Shown here: piece after piece, positions 1 to 13,351 of the stretch | Position numbering within the stretch: position 1 is the first letter of the stretch | Layout of the letters: each line of letters begins with the position of its first letter | NCBI RefSeq assembly: GCF_009914755.1 | Contig: NC_060926.1 | DNA: 64,000 bases | Origin: the human T2T-CHM13v2.0 reference genome, Homo sapiens | Strand: one strand, 5' to 3' | The notes under the pieces: model-generated | What the model saw: only the letters and a program-made list of their open reading frames with translations | Told to the model about the DNA's origin: nothing | Databases searched by the model: none | Position numbers and translations under genes: made by a program

Positions 1-142
1 ACATTGAGTGTATCTGTCTTCTGGTAGATAAAACTCAGGTCCCTACTGTCAGTTGCTTGCAATTCCATTCCCTGTGGGTGCACAGAAGAACCTGCATGTT
101 GCATTTCAATGTATCATTTAACTCCCCTTTATTCCTTCCTCC

Positions 143-362
143 AGTGTGGAGTGAGAGAGCAGGAATGGGCTCTGGAATCTACCTGTACTAGAATCTGTGC
201 TTTCTCAACTTGGTGGCCTTGGGCAAATTATTTATCTATTTAAGCCTTAGTTTCTGTAAGTCGCTTTAGGGTAAATTATATCGAGCTAGCTTAGTTGTTT
301 GAGGATAAAATTTGATCACCTCTATATAATGTGTGGAACTCAGTGATAGGCTTTCTCATAAA
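143..362 (+). mobile_element. MIR SINE relic
   Basis: Degenerate MIR core (GGCCTTGGGCAAATTATTT..CCTTAGTTTC) and 3' part (GTTGTTTGAGGATAAAAT); boundaries approximate. Confidence 0.6.
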
Positions 363-721
363 AAGCTAGGTCAAAAGGACACATTTGACTTTTTAAAAAT
401 TCATAGATATGCAAGACTGCATCTACTCAGTACTTCTCCCCCACCCAAAGGATACCTGTTTTGCAATGAATTAATATCTCTGCAAAATATTACTCACATG
501 TTTATAATTTTCCATGCCTACTTTGCAAATGGAGAAATGGAGTTACTTGAAGATAGAGCCCAATTGCTCTCAGTTTAGGCTGTCATGTTCTTTTGTCAGA
601 GTAACTCAAGTATGAAAATACTGACCTCTCCTCCACAGTGAAGAACCCACTCAACACCATCTACTTTACTTTAATATCCTCCAGGAGAATGGGAAGTCCC
701 AATGCACAGGTCAACCCCTGA

Positions 722-1012
722 ACAATTAATGAGCACCAGTGTATGCCAGGCATTGGGAAGGTTTCAAAGAAAACCAAGAGGGTCCCTGTCCTCAAAAAAC
801 TTGACATCTGACGGGTGAGTCAGAGCACATAAATGCACATGAAAACAGTAACAAGGCAAGGCAAAGCAAGTCAACATATTTGTTGAATCCCCACTATATG
901 TGAAGGCATATATTAATGTCTTGTTCCTGGCACAGCAATAAGGGGTATAGGCTTCCGGCAAGGGAGGGTTTGCTGAGTGGGGGAGGAGTCAGGGAAGGTT
1001 TCTGGGGGCTAA
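722..1012 (-). mobile_element. L2 LINE 3' fragment
   Basis: Reverse-orientation L2 tail pattern (ATGAGCACC..GTATGCCAGGCATTG..GTCCCTGTCCTCAA..AGTCAGGGAAGGTTTC). Confidence 0.55.
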
Positions 1013-1018
1013 TCTAAG

Positions 1019-1178
1019 GCTGTGGTTCTGAACCTTACTGAGCATCAGGTTACCTGAGCCCTGCCTCCCGAGATCAGCAATCAGCGGGTCTGGGGCAGGG
1101 GCTGGGATTCTGCGTTTCTAACAAGCTTTCGGGTGATGCTGCTGCTGCTGTTCCTCGGACCACATTTGAGTTGTGAGG
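1019..1178. mobile_element. MER5A-like hAT-Charlie MITE
   Basis: AATCAGCGGGTCTGGGG..ATTCTGCGTTTCTAACAAGCT..GGTGATGCTG..GGACCACATTTGAG resembles MER5A. Confidence 0.7.
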
Positions 1179-2262
1179 CTAAAGGATGAGTTGTGCCTAG
1201 CTCTGGGAGCAGAATTGTGGGGGCACCCCCATTGTGCATTTCTGGCCTTTTCCTTCCTTATGTCCTTTACAGGGGTATGCCTTTGTTGCGCTTGGCCCGT
1301 GCCACGAGGTTTCACCCAATGACGGAGCAATGGGCTGCATCTGCTCTTTATTCACAAAGAGGAAATTCCTACTTTGCTGCCATGGCCTTGTTGCTCTGCC
1401 TTCTCTTTCTCAAAATATTTGTATTTGAACACGAACTCTGCCTCTCATCTCACCCCGTCCCACCTCCACTCAACCTCAACTCTTATTTTGGCAGCAGTGA
1501 AGTTGCTGCGCTTCCCATTTGAAATAACTTTAAAGAGGAATAATCCCACAAATTACAATTACTGGTATTTATCCAAGTAAAACCCAGTATCCTGTTGCTT
1601 TGTTGACAGCAGGGCCCAGCCAACTGTTGGGTTAGCGGGGGCTGAGGAAGTTAAAAGGAGGGCCTGGTTGAGTTGCCTCACCATGGGAGGAGAGAGGCAT
1701 GTACAATCAGATATTTAACACTCCTCAGCAATTATGGGAGTTTTTATTCTCTCCCTGGCAAAGAACATAGCCCTTTACTGCAGTGTTTCAAGTTTGCCTA
1801 CAAGGCTGTCTGATAGAAGTGCTTTTATCCCCTGAAGATACAGTATAAAATACAAATCATCATTGGTTTTATCTCAGCTGGAGCTGCTGCTTCTCCAAAT
1901 ACATTTACTCTGTTCAACTGCCCATCAGACCCATTTTCATCCTTCACCCCACTCCTTGACGATAGCTGGGTTTAAGGCCTTTCTTCTGTTCTTTGTTCCT
2001 TTAGCTCAGCGAAGTAAACAGCAGGATTGATCTTACACTGCATTTTGGTATTGTTCCAAGTACTCATCTATAGACACGGCTGGGAATGCACTGACTGGAA
2101 AGGAAGGGCAGATGGAAATGCACTTCTTGTTCTTTGTGCCTTTTAGTGTGCAGCGGAATGTCCCTAATCTGAGGGCTGCTACACTGGCTGCCGATCGACA
2201 TGCAAATTCATCATCAAATGATGAGTCCCATATTAGTTCTAAGGGAAGTCTTTAAAGATACC

Positions 2263-2320
2263 AGGGAGGAAGAGGGAGAGAGGGAGGGAGGGAGAGAGAA
2301 AGGAAGAGAGAGAGAGAGAA

Positions 2321-2363
<43 letters not shown>
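2263..2363 (+). repeat. 101-nt pure purine / (GA)n microsatellite
   Basis: Uninterrupted A/G tract ending in a long (GA)n run. Confidence 0.95.
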
Positions 2364-2365
<2 letters not shown>

Positions 2366-4324
2366 TTTAGAGAAAGGGGGCTTTTCTTCATTGCCTCTTA
2401 CATCCAGGTCATTACAGTGTCTTGGGAAAGAAGAAGGGGGATAAATAGCTGTTACGTTGTTGTGTTTCTCTTTGCATTGCAACTGTTCACAGGTGCACGA
2501 AGACGTAAAATGCTGTGCTTGGAAAGTGTTTATTTTAAAAGCAAGGTATTTTAAGTTAGAGATGACTTAAAATCAGAGATGGTGGCCTAAATGAGAAAAA
2601 GTATTGCAAAGGATGGTTGTTTTCTTTTTGCTTTGTCATTTTTCTCCTCAGTTATTTGGAAAGCATATCTTAACTGGGCTATTTTCTGTATTATTTTTTA
2701 ATTAAAAGAAACCAACAGTATTTTGACTTGTAGCTTTAAAAAAGAAACCAATGTGTGGCTTAGTTAAATTGGAGGCTTAAAGATGCTGCTTTTATGGGTA
2801 ACACATTAGTCAGTTATATTGGAAGATGATAAAAGTGAATTGGCTAAATGAACCTTTGGATTTGTTTTGTTGAAGTTCCACCAGTTATTATAATGCCTTT
2901 AGGTATTTTTGAGAGGTAACAGGCTGGAGGAAGAGTTTATAGAATTATCTTGTCTTGTATACTCCTTAACAGCAGGACACATTCCACTGCCTATCAGATG
3001 ATGGGTGTGGAGATAGCCTGAGCTTACATTGATTATGTGGAAAACATCTCTGCTTTGCAAGAGGTCTGCAATTTTAAGGGGCAATTAGGCAATCTTATAC
3101 CCTCCCTACCTCAGCTTTAAGAAAGTATAGTTTCTGTTTCATTTCCATTAATAGTCATATCATGACAGTTACTTCTGTGAAGTTTTCCCTCAACACCCAC
3201 CTTTCCCTACAGTATCCTACCTAATTCTACCTTCCTGTGACACTGGTCATTCCCTCCTTCGTTCTGGAAATATACTTAGTACATGTTTTATCATACACAT
3301 GTAGTCTGTTTTTGGTTATCTAGGTTTGCATTGACCAGTTTGTGGATTGTGTTTTTTAATATACTTATAAAAATGTTATAGTTACCAAGACTGTGTAGAC
3401 TTCTCTTGTTTAGAACTATAAGGTAGTAAGGTATTCACTGTAACATAGCCATAGCCCCCACCCCAAATCTTTCCAATTAAAAGTGCAAGTACATCATTGG
3501 CAGTCATTTGTATAAAATTTAATAGTGCGGTGTTAGTGAATAGTTATATGTTTAAATACAATGAGGTTACCCAATAACTAAGACATAGAAATGGAAAAAA
3601 AAACCCTACACAATACTTTACACACTACAAAAACTTTGAAAAATGTGTAAAAGGGTAGAATATAAAACCAAAACCAAACAAATTAAATTATACATATACA
3701 AATGTAAGTGGTTTAAGGTAAAAACAAAGAGATGAATTAATTTATTTTGCATTCTCAGTGAATTGGTGAAGCTGACTGATAAAAAAAGGCAAAACCAGTA
3801 AATAGATCCTCTTATAACAACCTTGATAAGGCAGTGCTAGTTTAGTGCCATTGGCAATGGGCAAACAAAACCGTGTCTGGATTGATCTGTGGTGGACAAG
3901 GAAAATATTTCTTTGGCACTGTTGGAACAGATGGTATCTTTGATTCATATTTTGGAGATTAAACAATATCAAACGGGGCAGGGGATTCAGAAACTGGCAT
4001 TTGAGACCCTTAGCAATGGTGACATAGTGGGTGGTATGGGAGATACCTTCTGCCATGAGGAGGGGCTAGCTAAAAAGCAAGATCACACTGGCACATTCGG
4101 ATCGACTGTTGGCTAACCTCCTTAAGAGATGTGCAAGGGTTTTTCTGCAAATAAGTTTGCTTATGTAAATGAGTTCACATTTAGTTTAAACATCAGTTTA
4201 CATTAAAACCATTTTAAACTATATTTCAACTAGTTATTTTTAAATTCACATTTTGAGCTTGATGTGACCTTCCTCCCCTGATTTTCTTAAATATTGAAGG
4301 TCTCTGGGAAGTAACTGTTTATGA

Positions 4325-4458
4325 GTTTGCCTGTGAGCATCTGAAGGAAAAAGATCCTTTTATTAATTCAACTCTGTTTTCCTAGTCCATAGCCCAGAGT
4401 AAGTGCTCATAAATGTTTATTAAATGAATGTTTGAATGAATAAATAAATAGATGAATT
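4325..4458 (+). mobile_element. L2 3' end fragment
   Basis: CTGTGAGCATCTGAAGG..AAGTGCTCATAAATGTTTATTAAATGAATG and TGAA-type tail. Confidence 0.6.
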
Positions 4459-5615
4459 AAGATGTCTTAGCTTAGATGACCTTGGTCAAAGGTATTTATT
4501 ATAGAACGAGAAAAGAGCTCAAGAATCCAGCCCTTTGCCTCTAACTTGTCCTGAAAATTTCAGGCATCTGTATTGTCCTCCAAACACTGGGACAGTGTGC
4601 TTGTTTTGGGATTCCTGGTTCACCCTTAGCCTGCTTTCCCAGGGAACTGCTTGTGCTCCTAATTTTTGTTAAAAGGAACTGAGAATTGGGGTATTGAGAG
4701 GCCAAGTTCATTGACAGATGGACAAAACCCAATGGCATTCCTGTAGGAGTCACCTAGTTAGGTAAATAGTGAACAGTAGAATGAAGGTCCAGGTGTATCT
4801 GCTAATGAGGGCCCCAGAACCACCCTGAATCTAGAAGCACTCACTGAGCCCAGTTCCTACTGGGTGTACCACCCACAGCTACTCCATGTTCTGCCCTCAG
4901 ATTTCAGGAGATCTCATTTTCAAATATCTGCTCCCTAGCCACCAAAGCCTACAACTTTAGTTGAGTTAATTTAAATGTTTCTTGCCATAAAATTGTATTT
5001 CCATTTATAAAGAAAACTTCTGGGCCATCTCAAAAACCTAATCTGAAAATCCTGCTTTGTAAGGGGGTTCCCCCATAGAGATGCTGTGTTCAAGTGAAAG
5101 AAATCTGTGTTCTCCTGAGTTGCTCTCTTCTACTTTCCTCTTTGTCTAAGGAGAAATAGTTTTTGTGAAGCTACAGCCTAGAAAAGAACTTTTCTTCTGT
5201 AGTAGGAAACAAGATGTGAGCAGAGTATCAGCTAAGAAACTCAAGAAGCATTAAATTTTAGAGTTGAAAAGCAATAGACAGACAGGTTTCCACTTATTAG
5301 GGTCTCTAAGGCCTCATGTTCTGGCTCCTGGAATGTCAGCTCCTCTCATTCAGTGCCACTAACTGGCTTGGTTCCTCTGGTCAGAAGGGTCTGTTGTTAG
5401 TGGCCATGTAGCATGAGCAACGTCAAGTCATGTGGAAACTGTGAATATGTGGCAGTGGCCAAGGGAGAATATAGGTAGGTTGTTAACTCAAAGTCCAGAC
5501 TTGGGCAAATCTTTCTTCCACTGATAGCACTACTTCCACAAACCTGGCCAAGAGCATGCTCATTTAGGCCAGTTAATTTTGCTGGTTTTAAAGGCGACAG
5601 TATTATTATCCCTCC

Positions 5616-6059
5616 TGTATTGCTTAGGGTGCAGACTAAGCTGCTGTATCAAACAGACTCCAACGGATTAACCATGATAGAAGTTTATTTCTCTGTAACA
5701 CAACAATTAGAGGCCCAGGACTTGGTAGGGTGCCACTGCCACCCTCAACATGTATCTTCCATGTCTGGATTCAAAGTGCATGTTCTAGCTCATGCCATGT
5801 CCAGTCCGTGAGAGGTGGGGAGAGTGGAGCAGGAAGGGCCAGAAGAGTGCATGCCCATGATCTACCCTGGAATAAGATGTATCATTTCCACTCAACTTTC
5901 ATTAGGAGAACATAGTCACATGGCCACACTCAGTTGCAAGAATGTCCAGCTGAATGCAAGTTTAGCTGGAGAGCCATGGACCCAGCAAAAACTTCAGTTT
6001 TATTATTCAATAAAAACCCGGAGATGGATGTTGATGGATAATTAGCAGTGTCTGCCACA
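5616..6059 (-). mobile_element. MLT1 (MLT1J/K-like) MaLR solo LTR
   Basis: TGTA...CACA termini; AAGCTGCTGTA, AGAAGTTTATTTCTCT and TAGTCACATGGCCACAC motifs of reverse MLT1. Confidence 0.75.
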
Positions 6060-6725
6060 TTCCTCAAACTCATGCCTTTTCCTCACCCTACACACCCCAA
6101 ATCCACTCAGCAGGAAAATGTGAACCCTTTCTTAGAAGGGTGCAGGAGAAATGAGCTATAGATCTGGCCAGTCAGTAGAAAGCTATAGAAATCCCAAGAA
6201 ATAATTTGAAATGTGCTTGTGAAAAATTATTTGTGTGTCAATCTACCAGCCACAGACTGGGGTGAGCAGCCAGGGCTCTCACTAGCTGATATGTGAACAT
6301 TCTCTAGGACTTCTCAGAAAAGCTATCACCGCACCTGTGCTCGAATCCCTATTCTAAGGTTTAGTCTGTGCTTCTAAGCATAAAAAGATTTACACTGTAA
6401 AAATAATTGTGAAAACAAAGGTAAGACAATCCTTTTTTACAAGGCTATTTGCCACTCCCATCATACTCCAGAAACAAGAAGAGAGAACGAGAACATGGAA
6501 ATCGTTTACTCTCTTTTGTATATCATAAGAATTGGAACATAACATATAGAACATTGGATTATACATAAAATTGTTGTACAAGGCATATGCTGAGATGTAA
6601 AGCCTTTAAAAATATCTGGAAGTTTGAGTGGAAAAATCTTCACTCAAAATGGATTTTATCCATTTTTAATAAAACTGTCTTAGATTCTTTAGAAAACTCT
6701 TGTGTATTTAAAATTTACAATTTTA

Positions 6726-7019
6726 GGCCAGGCGCAGTGGCTCACGCCTGTAATCCTAGCACTTTGGGAGGCCAAGGCGGGTGGATCACTTGATATCAGG
6801 AGTTCGAGACCAGCTGGCCAACATGGTGAAACCCCGTCTCTACTAAAAGTACAAAAATTAGCCTGGCATGGTGGCAGGCGCCACCTGTAATCCTAGCTAC
6901 TCCAGAGGCTGAGGCAGGAGAATTGCTTGAAATCTAGAGGCAGAGGTTGCAGTGAGCCATCGTTTCATTGCACTCCAGCCTGGGTGACAGAGCTAGACTC
7001 TGTCTCAAAATAAATAAAA
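6726..7019 (+). mobile_element. AluS (Sx-like), full length
   Basis: Dimeric Alu; 17-bp TSD TAAAATTTACAATTTTA at 6709-6725 and 7020-7036. Confidence 0.97.
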
Positions 7020-7164
7020 TAAAATTTACAATTTTAAAAGGACCTATGAGTTTCTCATATTGTGATTTCTTATACTTCCTGGTTTCCCTTGTATTTTACC
7101 TATGCAGCACAAGTGATTTTTTATTTTAAGGTATAGTGTAGTTTTCTTGAAATGTATATCTTAT

Positions 7165-7300
7165 TTCTTCTATTTGATTACATCTCCTTGAGGAGAATAT
7201 CCACTTATGCTTCTTCTGTGTGCCCCTCAGCAACCAAACACCATCTCTTCAGTACGACAGGCACATAATAAATACTTTTTTGGATGGAGGAATGAAGTAA
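7165..7300 (+). mobile_element. L2 3' end fragment
   Basis: CTCCTTGAGG..CCCCTCAGCA..GGCACATAATAAATACT..GATGGAGGAATGAA. Confidence 0.45.
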
Positions 7301-7314
7301 ACAGGCAGAGATTT

Positions 7315-7947
7315 AGGCTCAATTCAGGTTGCTACTCAAACATCACCTCCTCAGGGAGGCCTCCCCTGCCCACCCTAGCTAGAATAGTATGTGGATCCCC
7401 TCAACCTACATTAATTTTCTTCATAGTACTTTCTTTTTAAAAATTGAATAAAAATTGTATATATTTATCATTTACAATATGTTGTTTTGAAATATGTATA
7501 CATTGTGGAATGGCTACATTGAGCTATTTAACATATGGATTACCCTATATACTTATTTTTTGTGGTAAGAACACTGAAAATCTTTTCTCTTAGCAATTTT
7601 CAGGAATAAAATACATAGTTATTAACTATAGTCACCACATCATACAATAGATCTCTTGAACATATTTCTTCTATTTAATTGAAACGTTGTATTCTTTGAC
7701 CAACGTCTCCATCCCACCCCACCCCCAACCTCCTGGTGACCGCCCCTCTACTCTCTGCTTCTTCTTCATAGTACTTCCCACTGCTCAGTGTGACCTCATC
7801 TACGGGTTTATTGTCAATGTCTGTCTCCCTCCCTAGAGACTACACTCCATGAGGTCAAAGAGTTTCTCTTTTATTCACTGCTGGACCCTAGCCTTTAGAA
7901 CAGTGACTGGCTCAACGCATACTTACTGAAAAAAAAGTGAACGAATG
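7315..7947 (+). mobile_element. L2 3' end, split by an L1MA insertion
   Basis: CTCAAACATCACCTCCTCAGGGAGGCCTCCCCTG before the insert; CTCCATGAGGTC..TTATTCACTGCTG..AGAACAGTGACTGGC after it. Confidence 0.7.
7432..7761 (-). mobile_element. L1MA-type 5'-truncated LINE-1 3' end
   Basis: ATACATTGTGGAATGGCT..TTAGCAATTTTCA..TTAACTATAGTCACC..AATAGATCTCTTGAAC; 15-bp TSD TTCTTCATAGTACTT at 7417-7431 and 7762-7776. Confidence 0.85.
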
Positions 7948-7954
7948 CTTATAA

Positions 7955-8336
<382 letters not shown>

Positions 8337-9077
8337 ACCCCAAAGATTTTTTAAAAAGACATTTATCAGTCACTGGGATGGACTTGAGACACTGAAGAAC
8401 CTTCTCAAATAGTTGAGCTGCCTTCTAAAGAAGCAATTCTATTTGCTGAAGGGTTCAGTATTTGCCAATAGGGTGAGTAATGCAAGTTCGAGGTTATGAG
8501 GTGGTCATAGGTGGCTTTTTCTGAATAGCAAGAAGGGGAGGAACTTGAAACTCTTGAAAGTAATCTGAAAGGAAAAGGGACTAATGGGGTGCTGGCTACT
8601 GAGTCAGAGACGAGGAGAAAGAGAGAAGCCCTCTTAGGATGTAACTAAGGAGGGATTTGAGGAGAATAAATGGCCTAATGTAGAGTTTAATAGAATGCCA
8701 TGTGCAAACCTCTGTAGTACTCCCAGTGAAGTCTTCCTGACCTTCAGAAAAAATAAAACCTACAAAAATCTCCCAATTACAGTTATTGCATTTTTCTTGG
8801 AAACTGGTAAGGGAACTGAGTCCTGCATCTGGATATGTGTGGAGCTGAGACAGTTAGTACTCCTGGATAAGGGGATGGGGAGACATCTGGCAGTAGTCTG
8901 GATTACAGGGAACATATTCTAAAGGGAGATAGCTCATCAGGTAGGTGTCCTGCTTTCCCTATTATACTGTGAATTTCTAGAGTCAGAGCATGCCTCTTCA
9001 ACTTTTTTTGAAGCCCCTCCCACCAAAGGGAGTAACATACAGTGTTCTGGAAATAATGAATACTTAGTGATACTAAC

Positions 9078-9558
9078 TGTATGAGTCAGCTACTGCTGCA
9101 TAACAAACAACCACCAAATCTCAGGGGCATTCGCAGTATGCATTCATTTCTTACACATCTGCAGATTGTCTTGAAAGGCAATAATCTAGGCTGAGCTTGT
9201 ATGGGTAACTCTGCTTCCAGTTGTAGGTTCATTTGGGCTGAGCATTGTAGCAGGGGCTCTGGTCTGCTCCATGTGTATTTATTTTGGGGTTCACTCTGAA
9301 GGGGCAGCATCTGCTTGAGTGGAAGCTTTTAAAATTGTGATAACAGAATTAAAAGAGAACAAACAGAGCATAAGATGCCTCTATAAGATTAGGCTGGGAA
9401 CTGGGAACTGTAGACATTTTTGTCCACATTCTGATGGCTAAAGTATCAAAAGTCAAGTCTGAAGTCTAGGGATGGCCTCTGCCTTGTGTAGGAGGCACAG
9501 CAGAGGTTGTGGATATGGGAGGGGTAAAGAATTAGGACCGATACTTCAATCCATCACA
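9078..9558 (-). mobile_element. MLT1 (MLT1G/H-like) solo LTR
   Basis: Starts TGTATGAGTCAGCTACTGCTGCATAACAAAC (reverse of the MLT1 3' end) and ends CCATCACA. Confidence 0.8.
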
Positions 9559-10280
9559 TTAACTGACCAACTGACTAGTTGACTGAGATGATTCTGAGAA
9601 GCTGGGCCAGAGAGTGAGTTCATTCCCGCAGGTGTTAGTGTGGCTGTGGTTTGAAGGCCTTTGAGAGAGTTCTTTTATTTTTCTTCTTTGTGAAAGTGGC
9701 CATTAAAGTTAAAAACCTCATTTTTGTAATAGAATGCACACAACAGTACACATATTGACTTATGTTTTTAGTCAATATCAAGATTTATTGTCTCCAGAGT
9801 TAAATAAATCGTGATATTGACCCCATCATAAGCCAATATCTGCCTAATGCGTTTTTTAAAAGTATTTTGTATTCATTTATATTAATAGGACACAAGCAAT
9901 CACTCAGTGTTACTTTGTTTTCCCTTTTTGCTCTTTCTCCTTTGTTATTTTCTCATCAGTCATAGTAATTAGCCCAGGGTTAATGTAAGAGTTATTGAAA
10001 TAGGATGCAGTGCAGGAAAGACAGCCATAGTGGGCCCTTCCCCATTGTAGAGAGGGGTATTTGTTTCCATAGAGAACGATGCCTTTCTGATTCCAGATGG
10101 TGCCAGTGAATTTTGTTTTCTTCAGAAGTTGTTTTTCCCTGAACTTCCTCTCCTCTGTGATGTTCCTGTATACAATTCCTTTGGGCCAGTAGGGAAATGG
10201 GAGGAGGTGGGGGTGGGCAAGCAGGAAGGGACAATAAGGTAGGGGAATCGTCAATTGTCCAGGAATTGTTTTTTTCTGAC

Positions 10281-10302
10281 TTTTTTTTTTTTTTTTTTTT
10301 TT
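10281..10302 (+). repeat. T22 mononucleotide run
   Basis: Seen directly; no adjacent Alu or L1 body. Confidence 0.9.
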
Positions 10303-11247
10303 GCTGTTCTAGTCTTGATTTCATTGTCCTTTTTCTTTCTTTCCATTTTGTAGCTGGCATTTACATTTTCTGGAGGAGTGGAAAAAATATATTTCTTTAA
10401 TACTGAATTTCATTTATCTCCATAAATTGGTTAGGGTATATGATCTAAAGGACTCAGCTGTTTTTAAAATAGGTTTATTCCTTTCCTTGAAGATTATTTC
10501 CACACAGTATAGACGAGTTAGAAGGAGACTCATTTTGTAGACCTTGGTGAGAGCTCCGCATTTGCAGGGCATCATTTCAGATGTGGAGTTTTTGAACAAA
10601 GAAATTAAATTTATATGTATCACCTAAATTATTTCAAATTCATGGTTCAGCAAAGAGTTCAGACTCTAATCAAATATGTAGTTTGCATGGGAGCTACCCG
10701 CCTTCTCAATAATAACGTGGCAGTTCTATTTACAGTGTTGACTAGACCAGGGGGTGGTGCAGGGGAGATGGCTTTTGTGGGAATTTACCTTGGTTGTTTG
10801 CAGTTGGGCCTGTGTTAAACGTGCAGTTTTACCACATTAAAAATTTTCCAGAAAGGTAGTTGAGAGAAGAGCTTTTCAAACTGTTCTCACTCCTTATAAA
10901 CAACAGAAGGACTCCCCTACCAATAATCTTTAAAAGCAAATAACCTCTACAAGCTCCTTGTTGTCTTTCTTTTTATCTATCAAAATGCCACCATTGTGCA
11001 AGGCCCCCACAGACGCCCCCTCCAACCCCAGGAACCTCCTCCAGCTCTCCTGCCGGCCCCTCCTAGTTTGGACCCCTATAGAACATATGATCTCTATCAC
11101 ATCATCAGCCTCTGACTTGGAGTTGGCTTCATTTTCGTGTTGTTTTTGGTGTCAACCTTGTCTTTACAGCAGATTGTGAACTATAGGACACCAAGAACAG
11201 TTTTTCACTTTTTTGAAAATAGAATATGGGCAACGATGATGATGATT

Positions 11248-11473
11248 GCCTCTAACATTTCTTACGGCTCACTAGGTGCCAGGGATTTTTCTAAATCCTT
11301 TAAATAGATTAACTCATTGAATCCCTACAACAACTCTAGCAGTTATTATCCCTGCCTTACATATGAAGAAACTAGGCACAGAGAAGTGAAGCCACTTGCC
11401 GAAGGTAAGAGGTAGATCAGCATTCAATAATGGGTTATCAGGTTCTGAAGGTCATGCTCCTAACCACAATGAC
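11248..11473 (-). mobile_element. MIR, near full length
   Basis: TAACATTT..GTGCCAGG..AACTCATTGAATCCCTACAACAACTCT..TTACATATGAAGAAACTAGGCACAGAGAAGTGAAG. Confidence 0.8.
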
Positions 11474-13351
11474 AGTCTTGTTGATGGTTATTGGAATAAG
11501 CCTTGAATGTCTTGCTTGAACATGAAGGAGACTAAGATTGAGCCTGCATTTTTGGTCGATTTTGGAAGTGGGCTGGGTTGCAGAATAAAAGTCTTGACCT
11601 GAGGGTATTTAATGAAATTTCTTCTAGTGCCATCCTTTCCAGACTTACGTATAATGCTCAGAAGTGACAGCTCAGGATTTTATAAGTGGTAAAGCTTGAG
11701 AGGTATGAACAGTTTTTAACTCCAGACAGCTGCCCCTGTGCAGGAATGCTGCATCCCCATTTCTGTTGTGGAACTTCCTAGCTCACAAGGCAGAATGCTT
11801 TGCTAATAAAGAAAACGCACCCTTTTTCAGCCTGGTGCCTACCCATGTGGCATTGGCTCTGTATTCGAGACGGTGGAGAATATACTCTAACCTGTGCCAT
11901 TGTGAACCTTGTCTGTGCTGGGGGTGGCCGCTCTCCAGACAGAAGAATGGGGAGCTCTGGGGACCACCACTCAGTGCACACGTTTTCAACCTATGTCACA
12001 TTTCCACACAGATTTATGCCACAACTGGTTCATTTCTTTTCTTTCTTTCACAAAATTAAGATAATACCCTTTGGTCATGTCGTCATTTGGGCTGGACACA
12101 CACCTCCTATTTGGTTTTCTCATGGCTAAAAACCTGGAATGTATCCATTTTATAGGTTAACTTATGAGAATAGGGGCATGGAGTGGGGAAGAGGAAAAAA
12201 GAGGTAGAAATATCCACAGGCCATAATGAGCCCTTAAAGAAACTTTCCTGACTCCACGTTCCAGTAAGTGCTCCTCTCCCTTCTTTCTCTTCCTCCCCCT
12301 TTTGGAAAGTGCTCCTCTCTCCTTCCCTTCCCTCCTCACCTGTCTACTCCCCTTCCCACCCATCTACTCCCCTTCCCACCTCTCCCCTACTTCCTGCTCC
12401 AGTAGTTCGGGCAGTTGGGCTTCTGATGTCTGTAGATAAATCATCTGGTTCATGGTCACAGCTGGCAAGCAGATGTTTCCCTGTCTATGAGTTCTATAAC
12501 CAGCAGGCTAGAAAGATTGACTTAGGGACACTCTCCACTCCCCTCACCCCAAATGGCAAATTATTCCTCATTTGAAACATACCAGATCGAGACTGTCACC
12601 ATTGTTTTCTATGATACTAAGCTACAATTATTAAAGTGGGTAGTGGGAGGCATGGAAATGTGCTCTGTTGTTCGGCCATTGGTCTTTGGTTTAAGTTTAG
12701 CATCTGGGTGAAATGAAACCTCTTGATTCAGGCATGTTCTGGTTTTCTTTAGTTTTGTTTCTTGGTTGGGGTGTGAGAGTGTAAAGACCTTGGTAAGAAG
12801 GGGCTGGGCAAAGCACTCTCTCAGTCCCTCTGGCAATGGTTTAAAATGGAGCAACTTCCCATCTCCTCATTGGAATGGCTTCATCTGCTTTTAATTCACA
12901 TTTAGTCTAAATTTCTTGGGTTTCAGTTGGGGCTTTTGAGCCGTTTACCCCCCCAGCTGCTTTAGGAATGAAATTGTTTTCTTAAGTCACTTATTTCTAA
13001 TGATCTCTTTTCACCCCCTAAAAAATGATGTACATTTTACTAATTCAGATACATAATGATTCTAGAATTCAATTTTTAAGGTTAACCTCAGGACCAAATT
13101 TAGTTCTCCTGGGCTGCTGCTCTGCTGTTATTTAACCATAAAATGCCTTTAATGGTGACTTTTGGGAGAGGAAAAAGCAGGTTGCCTGAAAAGAGAGGGG
13201 GGGACAGCGGAAATTAGAGAGGGCTGGCAATGTCCCATAGCTCCCTGCCGTTATGCTGGGCTGAGGCACATGGGCATGTTTTGCTGTTTTACTACATGAG
13301 CTTTGGGGAGGTGGAGGCACATGGGCACTGTGAGGCGTTTCAGAGGAAACC

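Noticed and set aside
3300-4260. A-rich region that may be a very old L1M or hAT relic
   Set aside because: Could not assign a family with any confidence by eye
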